The position numbers and the translations under genes were made by a program. A DNA stretch of 64,000 nucleotides from Eledone cirrhosa (lineage: Eukaryota): positions 40,920,001-40,984,000 of the forward strand of contig OZ024745.1 of the NCBI GenBank assembly GCA_964016885.1. Direction: 5' to 3'. Position 1 is the first letter of the stretch; every line of letters starts with the position of its first letter. Below are positions 39,141 to 52,838 of the stretch, piece by piece. The notes beneath the pieces are model-generated. The model was not told the DNA's origin, did no database searches, and saw nothing but the letters and a program-made list of their open reading frames with translations.

Positions 39141-42100
39141 GGTATGACATTAAACTACATCCAGTGGCAAGGCTCCAGTTCGGGAGTTCAGGAGATGTGG
39201 GGAATATGGAGTTACCCCTTAGTTGTCATGACTCCCAGGTCTGCCCTGGCCCGGGGTGGTAGTACCTGTTAGGGCTCCATTTATGGGTTAAATAACTACC
39301 TTATTCGAGTGGCGCCGGTAAGGTATTGTCAGCCATTGAAAAGAAATATGGAGAGTCGATCTAACAGCACTAGGGTTAGAGCCCCTAATTACACTGTCAA
39401 GGAGCAGCCTGGTCGTTATGACTCTGCTGGCTTAGAGCCACAGAGAGGGCCAGTGGTTGATGGATCAGCTGTCTCTGAGACAAATATAAAGAATGCAGTT
39501 TTGTCCTGCAGAAGAGCCATCAAAATGGGCACTTTGAATGTGAGGACTATTCGAACGCTGGAGAAGAGAGAGGAGTTGGGACATCTGTTCGAGGAGAGTG
39601 GTATACAGATACTTGCGATCCAAGAACACAGGATTCTACACGATGAGCCCGTGAGGAGTGTGATGATCGGGAGGAAGAGCCAGCTCATCACTACATCGGC
39701 AGTGAAGAACACAACAAATGCTGCAGTAGGAGGAGTGGGTTTTGTGTTCAGTGCAAAAACCAATCTGTTGGTGAGGGAAATAATGCCTATCTCCCCGCGA
39801 GTGTTGAGGGTGACCTTCAATGGAAACCCAAGACTGACAGTCATCTCAGCCTATAGTCCAACCGAGGGGGACAGTGATGTGAATGCCGAGGAGTTCCATG
39901 AGGAAGTGTGTAGAGCTGTCAACACCACTCAGGCACACAATATCCTGCTTGTTTTGGGGGACTTCAATGCACATCTGAGTAAGGAGGGCAGTGAAGATCC
40001 TTGCTGGTACTTCCATAACAACACCAACCGAAATGGAAGACTACTGAGAGACACCCTGCTGGAGGCGAACTTGATGGCGACCAACCTAAGGTTTAGGAAG
40101 AATCTGGGGAAGATGTGGACCTACATCTCAGATGTGCACCTGTCCAAGTCCCAGATTGATTTCATTCTGGTGAGGAAAAAGTGGCGGAATAGTGTTCTGA
40201 ACACGGAACCATACAGCTATTTCAGTACACTGGATAGTGACCACCGGCTTGTTATGAGTGAGGTCCGCGTGAGCTTAAGAAAGAGCAAGGCTCAGCCCCG
40301 GAGAACAATCTATGACTGGGGAGCTTTCAAGGAAGATGATAAGCTACAGGAGAGGTTCACAGTGGAAGTGAGAAACAGGTTTAGTGCTCTGTGTGGAGAG
40401 TCAGAGGAGAGAGAGATTGGATGGACTGAGGAGAGTGTGACGAGGAGGTACGGGCACTTCACCAATGCAGTGGCGAAAGCAAGTGAAACCCTGGTGCCGA
40501 GGAAAAAGAACAAAGGGAAGCATGTCAGCTCTGCAGACCCAAAAGTGTGTGCAGCCAGAGAACACCTGAAAGCTGCCAGGGACCAATTCTATGCTGATCC
40601 TACGGAGGAGAGGATGGAGACTGTGGAGGTGATGAGGGAAGAGCTCTGTACCGCTTACACTGAGGTCAGAGAGGAGGCACTGATAGAGAAGATCAGAAGT
40701 GTGGAGAGAGCGGTTGATAGATCTGGATGTAAGGAGAGCTGGATGATCATCAACGAGATCACAGGGAGGAAGAAAAGGTGTTCGAGTCAGATCCAGGGAA
40801 CGGGGCCCGAGGATAGGAAGAGGAAATGGCTAGACCATTCTAGGACCCTACTAGGAGAGCCACCCTCCACAGCCCAGAGCACTGGGGAAATCAGGCGGCT
40901 GTTTGAGGAACTGGATGTTGAGACAGAGCCCTTCACCAGAGAGGAGCTTCAGAGAGCCAAGAAGAAGATCAAGGAGGGCAAGGCTCATGGAGAAGATGGA
41001 GTGGCATCAGAGGTGATGAAGAGGTGTGATTTTGATGATATCATCCTGGGGTTCTGTAACGGGGCACTGGAGAAAGGAGTTGCCCCGAATCAGTGGAGGA
41101 TCAGTAACATCGTCCCAGTGCCAAAGAAGGGAGATCTCTCTAACACCAACAACTACCGGGGGATCTCACTGACGTCACTTGTGGCAAAGACCCTCAACAG
41201 GATGATTCTTAACAGGATCCAGCCTGAGATGGAGAAGAAGCTCAGGGACAACCAGAACGGCTTCAGAGAGGGTAGATCAACCACCAGTCACATCCTGATG
41301 CTGAGGAGGATATTAGAGGGAGCTAGAGCAAAGTGCCTTCCTGCGGTCATGGTTTTCATTGACTTTAGGAAGGCCTTTGATTCTGTGGACCGTTACTGCC
41401 TGATGAAGATCTTACAGGCTTATGGAATCCCCAAGAGGATAGTGGACCTGATATCACTGCTCTACACCAACACCAAAGCCCAAGTCATTACACCTGATGG
41501 GATGACAGAGTTCTTTGAGATACTGGCTGGAGTGCTCCAGGGAGATACATTGGCTCCCTACCTTTTTATCATCGTAGTGGACTATTGTATGCGCCTTGCA
41601 CTGGAGAAACACCAGGACTCTGGCTTTACTGTAGCACCGGCTCAGAGCAGGAGAGTTGGGGCGAAAAAGGTATCGGATGCTGAATTTGCCGACGACATAG
41701 TTTTGGTGACAAATACAGTGAAGGAGGCAGAGGATTTGATGCGGGAGGTTGAGACTGTGTCGATGAGTGTGGGGCTGAGAATGAATGAGACTAAAACAAA
41801 ATATCTGGTAGAGAATGTTGAGAAGCCAGAGGGGATCACTAATGTAGGCGGGAAGCCGCTGGAATTGGTTGAGGACTTCCTGTATTTGGGAGCAAAGATT
41901 GGGAATACGGAAGATGATGTGGTTGAGAGGAAGAGCAAGGCCTGGGCGGCGTGCCACAGCTTGACATCGGTGTGGGAGTCGGACCTTCGTAGAGACCTGA
42001 AAATCCGCCTCTTCATTGCTGTAGTGGAGTCTGTGCTGCTGTATGGGTCTGAGACTTGGACACTGACCAAGAGACTCACTCAGATGGTGGATGGGTGCTA

Positions 42101-42452
42101 CACGAGAATGCTGAGGATGGCTCTGAACATTAATCAGTATACACTGAGGATGAAAAACTCAGAGCTGTATGGGAGCCTCCCAAAAGTCAGCTCAAAAGTG
42201 ACACAGAGGAGACTGAGGTTGGCTGGACATGCTCACCGACATCCAGAGTTGACATTGCACTCCGTGCTCCTTTGGGAGCCCCTACATGGACACACTGGAA
42301 GAGGAAGACCAAGGTTAACATATGTTGATGCCCTAAGGACAGACACTGGTCTGTTGGAGACGCAGGACATGGCAGCGATAATGAGGGACAGAGACCGCTG
42401 GAGAGAACTCGTCCATGGATCTCGGGAATTTTACCCGCCTTAGATAGATAGA
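39141..42452 (+). mobile_element. Apparently full-length RTE-clade LINE
   Basis: About 200-nt leader, single APE-RT ORF, (TAGA)n tail directly at the stop codon, inserted in (TA)n. Confidence 0.92.
39348..42443 (+). CDS. Endonuclease (APE) - reverse transcriptase of an RTE LINE
   Basis: Uninterrupted ORF of about 1030 aa from first ATG 39348. APE motifs: GTLNVRT, IQEHR, GDFNAH, IDFIL, SDH. RT motifs: NYRGISL, QNGFR, DFRKAFD, GVLQGDTLAP, FADD, YLG. RTE-type C-terminus GRGRPRLTY. Confidence 0.95.
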   Translation: MESRSNSTRVRAPNYTVKEQPGRYDSAGLEPQRGPVVDGSAVSETNIKNAVLSCRRAIKMGTLNVRTIRTLEKREELGHLFEESGIQILAIQEHRILHDEPVRSVMIGRKSQLITTSAVKNTTNAAVGGVGFVFSAKTNLLVREIMPISPRVLRVTFNGNPRLTVISAYSPTEGDSDVNAEEFHEEVCRAVNTTQAHNILLVLGDFNAHLSKEGSEDPCWYFHNNTNRNGRLLRDTLLEANLMATNLRFRKNLGKMWTYISDVHLSKSQIDFILVRKKWRNSVLNTEPYSYFSTLDSDHRLVMSEVRVSLRKSKAQPRRTIYDWGAFKEDDKLQERFTVEVRNRFSALCGESEEREIGWTEESVTRRYGHFTNAVAKASETLVPRKKNKGKHVSSADPKVCAAREHLKAARDQFYADPTEERMETVEVMREELCTAYTEVREEALIEKIRSVERAVDRSGCKESWMIINEITGRKKRCSSQIQGTGPEDRKRKWLDHSRTLLGEPPSTAQSTGEIRRLFEELDVETEPFTREELQRAKKKIKEGKAHGEDGVASEVMKRCDFDDIILGFCNGALEKGVAPNQWRISNIVPVPKKGDLSNTNNYRGISLTSLVAKTLNRMILNRIQPEMEKKLRDNQNGFREGRSTTSHILMLRRILEGARAKCLPAVMVFIDFRKAFDSVDRYCLMKILQAYGIPKRIVDLISLLYTNTKAQVITPDGMTEFFEILAGVLQGDTLAPYLFIIVVDYCMRLALEKHQDSGFTVAPAQSRRVGAKKVSDAEFADDIVLVTNTVKEAEDLMREVETVSMSVGLRMNETKTKYLVENVEKPEGITNVGGKPLELVEDFLYLGAKIGNTEDDVVERKSKAWAACHSLTSVWESDLRRDLKIRLFIAVVESVLLYGSETWTLTKRLTQMVDGCYTRMLRMALNINQYTLRMKNSELYGSLPKVSSKVTQRRLRLAGHAHRHPELTLHSVLLWEPLHGHTGRGRPRLTYVDALRTDTGLLETQDMAAIMRDRDRWRELVHGSREFYPP

Positions 42453-42930
42453 TATATATATATGCAATACCAGCATTCTTCTTCTCTTTGGTGTCTATCG
42501 ATTACAGCATCAGTTCTTATCTTTATTATCAACTCCACCTTCCTTTTATTTTCCTTATCTGGACCTAATCTCTTATCCATCCTCTCAGTTATATATGCAA
42601 TCATTACATACATTCCTCTCACCTTCCTTTTCCATCTCTCTCTCTCATTCAATCCATCTCTCTTACATACCCACCTCGTCTACTCTCAACGCTATTTGAA
42701 CGCATATACACGCTCAAAGTCTATATATTTTTAAATACATACATAATATTCGCAGTTGCATACATACTCACACACACACACTCTCTAGCTTACACACACA
42801 TTTTACGTTTGAATAGGTAAAAGCACAGATATATATTTACATATATTTGATATATATTTATCCTTATCGAGACCTCTTTGGATTTTAGTCTTCAAATTTA
42901 TTATTATTACTATATATATATATGTATATA

Positions 42931-43118
42931 GGAACTAGTAGGACCCCGACGGCTGAGCTCAAGCTGTTTCGACAGCTAATTCTAGAATTAGCCGTCGAAA
43001 CGGTTTGAGCTCAGCCGTCGGGGTCCTACTCGTTCCTATTACCCACTCTACTACCCTAAGTATTGAGTACTTTGGTGCGTTATGGTCCACCTGGTTCCTT
43101 ACCACATTTCCTCCGTTA
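42931..43118 (+). mobile_element. Fold-back mini element, same family as 19051-19232
   Basis: Palindrome centred on TTCT|AGAA (42983/42984); tail nearly identical to 19151-19232. Confidence 0.85.
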
Positions 43119-43635
43119 TATATATATATATATATCTGTATATATGTATACATCTGTATATATGTATATATATAAATATTTACACATACACCAATTAAAC
43201 AAAGTCACCGGTATATATGTGTTTTTGCAACTGTTCACGATGTGGCTCAATGGAGAATTAATAAATTAATCAGAGCTCTAAACTCGAGTATGAACCTTAA
43301 ATAAGGTATCTCAAAAGAGAGCGAAACCAAAGGGTCGGGATTTAGTGATTTAATCCTGGTATGTATATAAGCATTTCTAACATTAATTTTTACCTAATTA
43401 TGTATGGTTGACCGTATATTTAATTAATCTCCACGTGCTGTTGAAATGTTGGGTAAATATTATATATCAGTTGCACGCTAAGACGCCACGATAGCGTATT
43501 TATTTACTGTTTCTTCATAGATGCCTTTTAATCTTATAGCCTGGTCTAATTGATTTGTGGTTAATTATGCTGATTGGGAGTAGAGATGATGTATATATAT
43601 TATCAAATAATTATTTGGATATACTTTACTCTAAA

Positions 43636-44660
<1,025 letters not shown>

Positions 44661-46962
44661 CTGTCTGTGAATTAGTGATGGCAATAACTTAATGTATTCC
44701 AGAATAAAATCGTATATCGACCTATATACAATGTTTATATAAATTACACATACATTTAATATTGTTGTGAGTATACTAAGTTGAGATCATATCACAGTTA
44801 TATCAGTATTAGATAAGTGCGATGTATACTTGTAACTCAGTCATTACTCGTAATTAACTTACGCATATTTACTGCTATATACTGAGGAATGAAAGACCTT
44901 AATTCGTTTTTTAAAGCTTATTTACATCTAGTGCACGTTTGTCTGGCCTGTATTAATTAGTGATAGCACTAAACAAGTTTGATTCAGAAGAAGATTAGCT
45001 ATTTTTTTTCACAAAATATTTAATCAAATCGAATGAACACGAGCGTTACGTTTTGAAAGTAATATTTTATACATGCATTTCTCCAATAACCGCATATAAA
45101 TCATCGCTTCCCTTCCATTTAGCATCCTCAGTACGAAATAATCAGCGATTATCAATTTCATATCTTATTTTCTGAAATAAAAACATCCAAGACTGAATCA
45201 AAGAGCAAAGATTATGAGAGGCTGATAAAACAGGTTTGTATAATTGGTATTAAATTATTTGTGCAATCCTGATTAAAGAGTGAATGTAAAGTTGCAATTA
45301 AAAACAAAACCATCTGAATATAATCGCTTGTAAATATTATATCTCACAGGCCTTAGTTGTGGCAAAGATTTCAATTCCATACGTCAATGTATAAGGCGTG
45401 AAGTCACATATCCTCTCCTTTTGAAATCACCTTGGGTTATAGTTATCGTTATATCAATAATTCCACAGCTCATCGTGGTAGATTTATCAGAATGCTTGCC
45501 TTTAAACTTATTGCAACTGAAGTTTCATTATAAATCTTGACAACTAGGTTGGCATTTTATGCGAGTCCTGAAGACGATCATATATTTTGTTATGAATAAT
45601 GTTTTGCTCACTCGTAGTTAGTCTAGTTTATATTCCACAAATTCCCTCCTCCACAGATAATAAGGCAACGAACGAACCCTTATATATTACTAGGCACACG
45701 CGCCAAATTTCTTCAAATCCCAACCGATTTTCATGAAAAAAGGTAGTTGATGTATAAAAATGTATTCACCGTTATGGAATATATAGGATTGTCACTACTA
45801 GAAATTGTTGACAATAAATATTCACCTGAAGATTAAACAACAGCTAAAGTAACGAATTGCAAATGTATATATTGCGTAGGTGGAACAAATATTTGTTTGG
45901 TGAGACTACGTAGATATAATTAAACGTGATCCATTGTGCTAGAGCTAAAAGTATGCACTAACATCAACAGCTAGAAAAGGAGTAAGTTCGCTGAGTAATA
46001 GCCGAACAAATGTATATATATCCTGTCTGCGACCGGCACTGTAAGTCAAGGGTTGAGGCAATCTACATCACAAAAGACAGTAATAATTAATACTGATTTG
46101 AAATATAGGCACGACGCTAGTAACTTATGATGACACGAACGTCTATCAAATCGAGAGAGTAATTGAGTGGTACTTTATTTTATCGAATTCGAAACGATGA
46201 GGGGCGCAGTTGACTTTCGCTGGCCTCGAACTAACAAATTAAAGAAATGAAACAAATACTACAAGGTATTTCTCCATCGCTTTATCGATTCTACCACCAA
46301 TTTCTTACATAATTTACAGAAGAGGAAAATTGTATCTTATATCTATTAAAATTTCCCCATCAGTCAAAAGCATTTTAAGTGGTAGAATCCTACTTCCTTA
46401 CATAAGGCTCACTAATATATCGATTCAAATATTAAATGAAATCTATAATAAATAAGTGAGTGCATTGTATTTGTGTGTGTGAATATGAGGAGAATGACAG
46501 AAAGTCTGTATGTATATGCGTGAATATTTGTGTGTCTGTAGTTGTAGGGATGTATGAATACATGTTGGTGTGTAGCTCACGGCATGATTTTAATGGTGAT
46601 TGAATATATTTGCTTCTGGCAAAATGGTGCTCTTAATGTATGCACTGAACTGAAAGAATATATTGTCATTTTGTGTACTTAAATTTATATATACATAAAA
46701 CAATGTGTCGATAAAAATTGTAAGGGTAAGTAATATTGTTGTGTGAATAAAGTTAGTATACGGGTGCAAAATAGACGCGCTAAGAAGACATTAGGAATAT
46801 TTATTTTGTTTCCATTCGTTACATTTCCTCACACACACACTCACTCACTGATATATACATATATATATATATATAAATATATATATATGTCTGTATGTGG
46901 GTGTGTGTGTGTGAGTGAGTGTTTACACACATATATATAAATATATATATATAAGCATATAT

Positions 46963-47025
<63 letters not shown>

Positions 47026-47044
47026 CATATATATATATATATAA

Positions 47045-47104
<60 letters not shown>

Positions 47105-47113
<9 letters not shown>

Positions 47114-47524
47114 ATCAAAAGATGGTTAAAAGAGTTCCATGTATTTTATTATGTGCATTTCAAAAACAAATATCATCATGCAATAACATTTGCGTTTTCG
47201 TCAGATAAAATAGAGAGACATGATATGAAGGTTAAAACACACTTGTGAATAGTGCAGTTTTAAATCAACATATGTTGATTTAAAACTGCACTATTCACAA
47301 GTGTGTTTTAACCTTCATATCATGTCTCTCTATTTTATCTGACGAAAACGCAAATGTTGTTGCATGATGATATTTGTTTTTGAAATGCACATAATAAAAT
47401 ACATGGAACTCTTTTAACCATCTTTTGATCTTATATATTATATATACTCCAGTCCTACAAACTGTAGAGTGCTACTTATCCGATATCTGCATTGCTTTAG
47501 TGTACTACAATACAACTCACCTCC

Positions 47525-47530
<6 letters not shown>
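47105..47530 (+). mobile_element. Fold-back mini element: 334-bp palindrome (47105-47438) + tail
   Basis: Zero-spacer inverted repeat centred at 47271/47272 with one mismatch (47184/47359); tail carries the bulged hairpin and ends in (TA)n. Confidence 0.92.
47331..47401 (+). ncRNA. Type I hammerhead motif (mirror copy on minus strand at 47142-47212)
   Basis: Helix I UAUUUUAU/AUAAAAUA, CUGACGA, long helix II, GAAA-U-GCAC-AUA. Confidence 0.75.
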
Positions 47531-47585
<55 letters not shown>

Positions 47586-47689
47586 TATATATAAGCATAT
47601 ATATATATACACATATATAATATATACGTTTGGGTGTGTGGGTGTGTGTTAATGAGAGTCCTAGCTGTTGTTTCTCAGTAATGTAAGTG

Positions 47690-47882
47690 CTTCTAAATAT
47701 AGGATAAGTCCATCAATTTAAATTGACGATGAAAATCGATTAAATGCGTTAATGGTATTTTATTTTGTCGACCCATCGCCCATAAGGATGAAAGGCGAAA
47801 CTAACCTCGGCAGGTTTTGACATCGGAATGTAAAGGTCCGTAAATATATGCCGATAAGCATATGGTCCGAAGTCCTGCCAAT
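47690..47882 (-). mobile_element. Old family A-related SINE
   Basis: AAGGATGAAAGGCGAAACTAACCTCGGC..CTGCCAA; a similar relic lies at about 46100-46300. Confidence 0.65.
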
Positions 47883-48062
47883 GCTTAATATAATCCCTTA
47901 TCATAATAGTATCATAAATCTATAGTATGCTCTAGTTTGGTATTGATCTCTTGCCTCGCGTTTGGAAACCCAAATGTGAGTGAATATGTATATGTTTATA
48001 TATAAATATATATATATAAATATATATATATAAATATATATATATAAATATATATATATATA

Positions 48063-48235
<173 letters not shown>

Positions 48236-48239
48236 ACAT

Positions 48240-48273
<34 letters not shown>

Positions 48274-48664
48274 GAGTGTCTGTGTGTGCAAGTATATGTG
48301 TTTGTGTGTTTGCAAAGAGAGAGAGAGAGAGTGTGTGGGGGATATTAATATATATTGATTAATTGATTGATTGATTAATTGATTAACGAGAATGTTTTAG
48401 CATTCATGCAATTTCGATAGTTTTATCGTAAATAGAATCAAAATATATCAACTAGAACTGCATATGTAATCAAAAACTCCCAACTCAACAGTAACATTAC
48501 TATAGCATATAGCACAGCACCGGTTTACTATTGTGATTTTGAGCGGCATGAGGTTAATTTAGTGAGGTGGAAAACTCATATGTGTTGATTTCAAGAAGAG
48601 CATTTGCGACCATTGACAACTAGTTGATTTGCTTGACAACTAGTTTATTTGGATATATCAAATC

Positions 48665-48770
48665 CTTTACAGTCATTTGATTGAGACCAGGTTGGGGTAG
48701 TGCTTTGGAAGGATGTGGTCGATCATATTGATCCAGCTGTTGAGACGGTCGACCTATCATATTCGGCTGC
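48665..48770 (-). pseudogene. Possible mariner transposase relic
   Basis: RPSQQLDQYD..SKALPQPGLNQMTVK resembles the mariner RPAQWLD..PKHFPKPNLHQKKVM region; short and weak. Confidence 0.3.
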
Positions 48771-49507
48771 TCAGTTCTCGTAGGTCTGAATCTATACACA
48801 TGAACGATTTGGCAGCCATATCCACCTGGCAAAAATAACAAGGCGTTGGTGTGAATATAGTTAGGAAATTGTATAAACATGTAAGAAGCAAGGTACATGG
48901 AAATGATATGCCTACAAATGTATAAGATATGCTCGTCCACATTGACATATAAATTAAATCAAACTATTTAAACATAATATTCAAGGGCTAAAACGACGGT
49001 CATATGCACATTGGAATCTATTCTGAACAAAATATTGCGCGTAATAAATTGGAAGATCTATCCAAATTCAAAGATTTTTATATTGAAATATAAAAGAGGT
49101 GAGAATGAAGGTAAAACACAGTGCCAATCTTAATTGGTGCACTGTGAATGATAATATGACCAAAACATAGATGTCAGAGAAGGGTACTCATCCCACATCC
49201 TGAGTAAGGAATGAAAAGTAATAATGATATTTACCCCCCCCCCCCCCCCCCCCGTAAGTGTGAAAGACAAAACTAACCTCAGAACGTAAAGGCACATATC
49301 TATAAGCCGCAGAGCATGTTCTCAGACGCTCTACCAATACAGCCAATCGACAACCCTAAGCAAATAGACTTCGAATCAAATTTTCCTTTCTACCAAACGA
49401 CTGCTTTTGGGAAACTGCTCAAATGCCCAGAAAGGTACAGTTGAAACACAGCAGGCAGGAGATGATCTAGCAATTATCATATTTACTCTGCAAACCGTTA
49501 ATAATAA

Positions 49508-50150
49508 TGATTTCTACTATAGGCACAAGGCCAGTAATTTCGGGGAGGGCAAAGAATGATTTCTACTATAGGCACAAGGCCAGTAATTTGGGGGAGGGCA
49601 AAGTCGATTAAATTGACGCCAGTGCATTACTGGTGCTTTATTTTATCGACCCTGGAAGGATGAAAGGTAAAGTTAACATCAGCGGGATTGGAACTCAGAT
49701 CATAAAGGGCCGTAACTCTATATCGCTAAGCATGGTCTCCGACCCTCTACTGATACTGCTAATCTACCGCCCTGATAATATAACAATAATAATGGTTTAT
49801 GATTTAGGCACGAGGCCATCAATTTCTTTATGGGTGGGGGGAATTTAGTCGACCCCAGTACGTTTCTCGTACCTTATTTAATCGACCCCGCCAGGATAAA
49901 AGGCAAAGTAATTATAATAATTCTTTCATTTATTGGCCGCAAGGGCCGAGATGTATAATAATAACTGTTTCTACTTTAGGCACAAGGCCAGCAATTAACC
50001 AGTGCATTACTGGTACTTTATTTTATCGACCCCGTAAGGATGAAAGGCAAAGTCAACCTCGGCGGGATTTGAACTCAGATCGTAAAGGGACATAACTATG
50101 CTGGAAAGCATAGCGTCCGACCCTCTACCGATACTGCCAATCCACCGCCC
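49508..50150 (-). mobile_element. Cluster of family A SINEs (long form with about 50-bp tandem duplication, a fragment, and a short form)
   Basis: Copies at 49508-49771, about 49790-49910 and 49962-50150. Confidence 0.85.
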
Positions 50151-50589
50151 CTGTATAATAATAACGACAACACAACACGAGTCCAACGGCGACAACCATA
50201 GCATCATCAAATAACCATTTTGTTTAATATTTTCTCTATTATCATCAACAATATTTTCCATTTCAGCAAATTTCTTACACATTTTGTTATGTTTATTTTA
50301 ATCTATATACTGATGTTTATATTTTGTATTTAAGTTCCAATAATAAGTTTGTTATGTTTGTTTCACTTTCAATTCACAAACTATCTCATCCTGTTACTGT
50401 TTTAATGACTTTCATGGATTTTTGGGTATCAAGCGAGTTCTTTTCATCTTCGCCTTCATACGATAGGTTCTTTGATAAAATTAGGGCTGGTGTATGAATT
50501 TCGCTATTTAGACAAGCGAACGCACAAATAATCAATAATTAAGTTAATTAGCTAGCTGACTTCCTTAATCCCTTCAGCGTAACGTTTTC

Positions 50590-50620
<31 letters not shown>

Positions 50621-51895
50621 GCATACATAGGCATATATATGCATGTGTGTATGTATGTATAAACACACACACAAATACGTATATATATATATATATATTA
50701 CATTTATATGTTTGAGTATTTTTTTTTTGTTGTTATTGTTGATAATATTATTTTCGTTGATTTTTTTTTATTTCCTCCTCATACTTCACGTTTCCTTCCT
50801 TTCTCCATTCTTCCCCTTCCTATCAATGATTATGGTTATTAACTTCCTTACGTAAGGAAGGTAATAATAACTATGATTGTTAACATGAATACTACTACCA
50901 CGACTACTACTACGACTTCTACTACTACTACTACTAATAATAATAATTATTATTATTATAATAATAATAATAATAATAATTATTATTATTATCATTATTA
51001 TTAGAATTATTGTTGTTGTTGTTGTTGTTATTTGAGATATTTGAGATATTGAATGAATTAGGGTGATGGAAGTGAGAATGGTGTGGGTGGTGGTGCCGTG
51101 ATTGTAGGGAATTGTTGTGCTGGGGAAGGGTGTGAAAGGCTCCATAATTATTTACAGTTTATTGGTTTTCAACCGGATGAATTCAGTTTGATTAAAAACT
51201 ATCAATTAGGGACCGGTTTAATTATTCCGCTACACACGATGCTTCATCCGGATAATACCATACATGAAAGCTAAGCCAAGGGGCCTTCTATTAATGTTGC
51301 TGTTGTTAAACGATGTTATTGCTCAACATAACAATCATATTGATAAAAACAATATTTAAGTTAAACAATAATGATTGAGATAATAATGATCCACTACCTT
51401 ATAATATAGTACACAAATCACTATGAAAGAGTGAAAGAGAGGAGCATCGGGAAATATATTCTTACTGGTATTTATTTGAGTGACTCCAGGTATTATAGAA
51501 ATGGTGAGGATCTGACATCGGATACTAAAGAGATAGATCAAATGCACAAATGAATATCGATATGTTTCACAGTGTCTTCCTTACAAGAATAAAAAATGTT
51601 AAATTGAATATCTGTCTTTAAAAAGACATTAAGCAGATTTTTGAAAGAAACATTTATGTGCCTAATGTTATTTCAGAATATAATGATATAGCGGACATAC
51701 ATTACTAATATCCACATGCAATATTCAGTTTTTATGTACCATAAAGAAGAATTACAACCAACATAGGGTTTTAAAAAACAATGTTATTGAACACAAACAC
51801 GCACTCAGCCACATGCATATATACGTGAATATTCACACAACCTTCCCCCTCTAAAAGGAATATATATATGTATGTATGTATGTATGTATATATAT

Positions 51896-52520
51896 GGTGG
51901 CTGCCAACTCGTTTTCGAGTACGGCCACTACTTTATATCCATGTAGCAGAACCACTACTGATGCGCTGAACGAGTGTGACTTTTTAGTCCAGCCAGCGAC
52001 TTGAAAACTCTGGTACAAACACTGCACTTGTGACAATTATTGACACATAGTGCTGGGCCCATGGTACCATGGTACCATGTGACGACAAGTGCAGAGAGAT
52101 CTCCAGATATAAAGCAATGCCTGTGCCGTGAAGCTTTTATAGTGAGCAAAGGCACTGCACAAAGCCAGTCCCACTCTCTTAACCAACATGATATTTACCA
52201 AAAAGAAGAACAAGTCAACATCATTGGATACCATCAGGGTTGCAGGTGTTATATCAGAGTTTTCCTTCTCCTAGAATTCTGCCTTGACAAAGGCTAAGGG
52301 GTCATCTCTCCCGGTGATTTTGGATGGCCATTGACTCTTAAGAGCTCCTTTGCCCTTTGACAGGTTTTGTTTTTAGTCCTGCAGGATGTCCAAAGTCACC
52401 CTCCTCACCAAGAAACCTTGGTGGGGTTGCCAGTTTAGTCACCAACGACCCGACCATGAGACAGGTTGTACTGGGATAAATGTTACCAGTAGCACCAAAT
52501 GGTGACTTGACAGATTCGAA
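51896..52520 (-). mobile_element. Non-autonomous RTE/BovB-type derivative (5' leader joined to 3' end)
   Basis: The 3' part encodes HKCSVCTRVFKSLAGLKSHTRSAH, a C2H2 finger typical of RTE-BovB C-termini; no RT or APE upstream; microsatellites on both sides. Confidence 0.6.
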
Positions 52521-52524
52521 CACA

Positions 52525-52568
<44 letters not shown>

Positions 52569-52594
52569 TGTAATCTGAGTTTTTCGAATATTAA

Positions 52595-52776
52595 TAATTG
52601 TTTCCACTTTTGGCACAAGGCCAGCAATTATCCCAGTACATTACTGGTACTTTATTTTATCGACCCCGTAAGGATGAAAGACAAAGTTAACCTCGGCGGG
52701 ATATTAACTAAGACGGGAAAAGGACGTAACTCGATGCTGGAAAGCATGGTGTCTGACCCTCTACTCATACTGCCAA
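52595..52776 (-). mobile_element. tRNA-derived SINE (family A, short form)
   Basis: Reverse complement of family A consensus. Confidence 0.88.
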
Positions 52777-52838
52777 TAATAACATTAGATTCGTTTGCAA
52801 TTATGCAAACAAGCCTCATTTTTGCATGTAAACAAAAC

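Noticed and set aside
39416-42079. Antisense ORFs within the RTE element
   Set aside because: Shadow frames of the long sense ORF.
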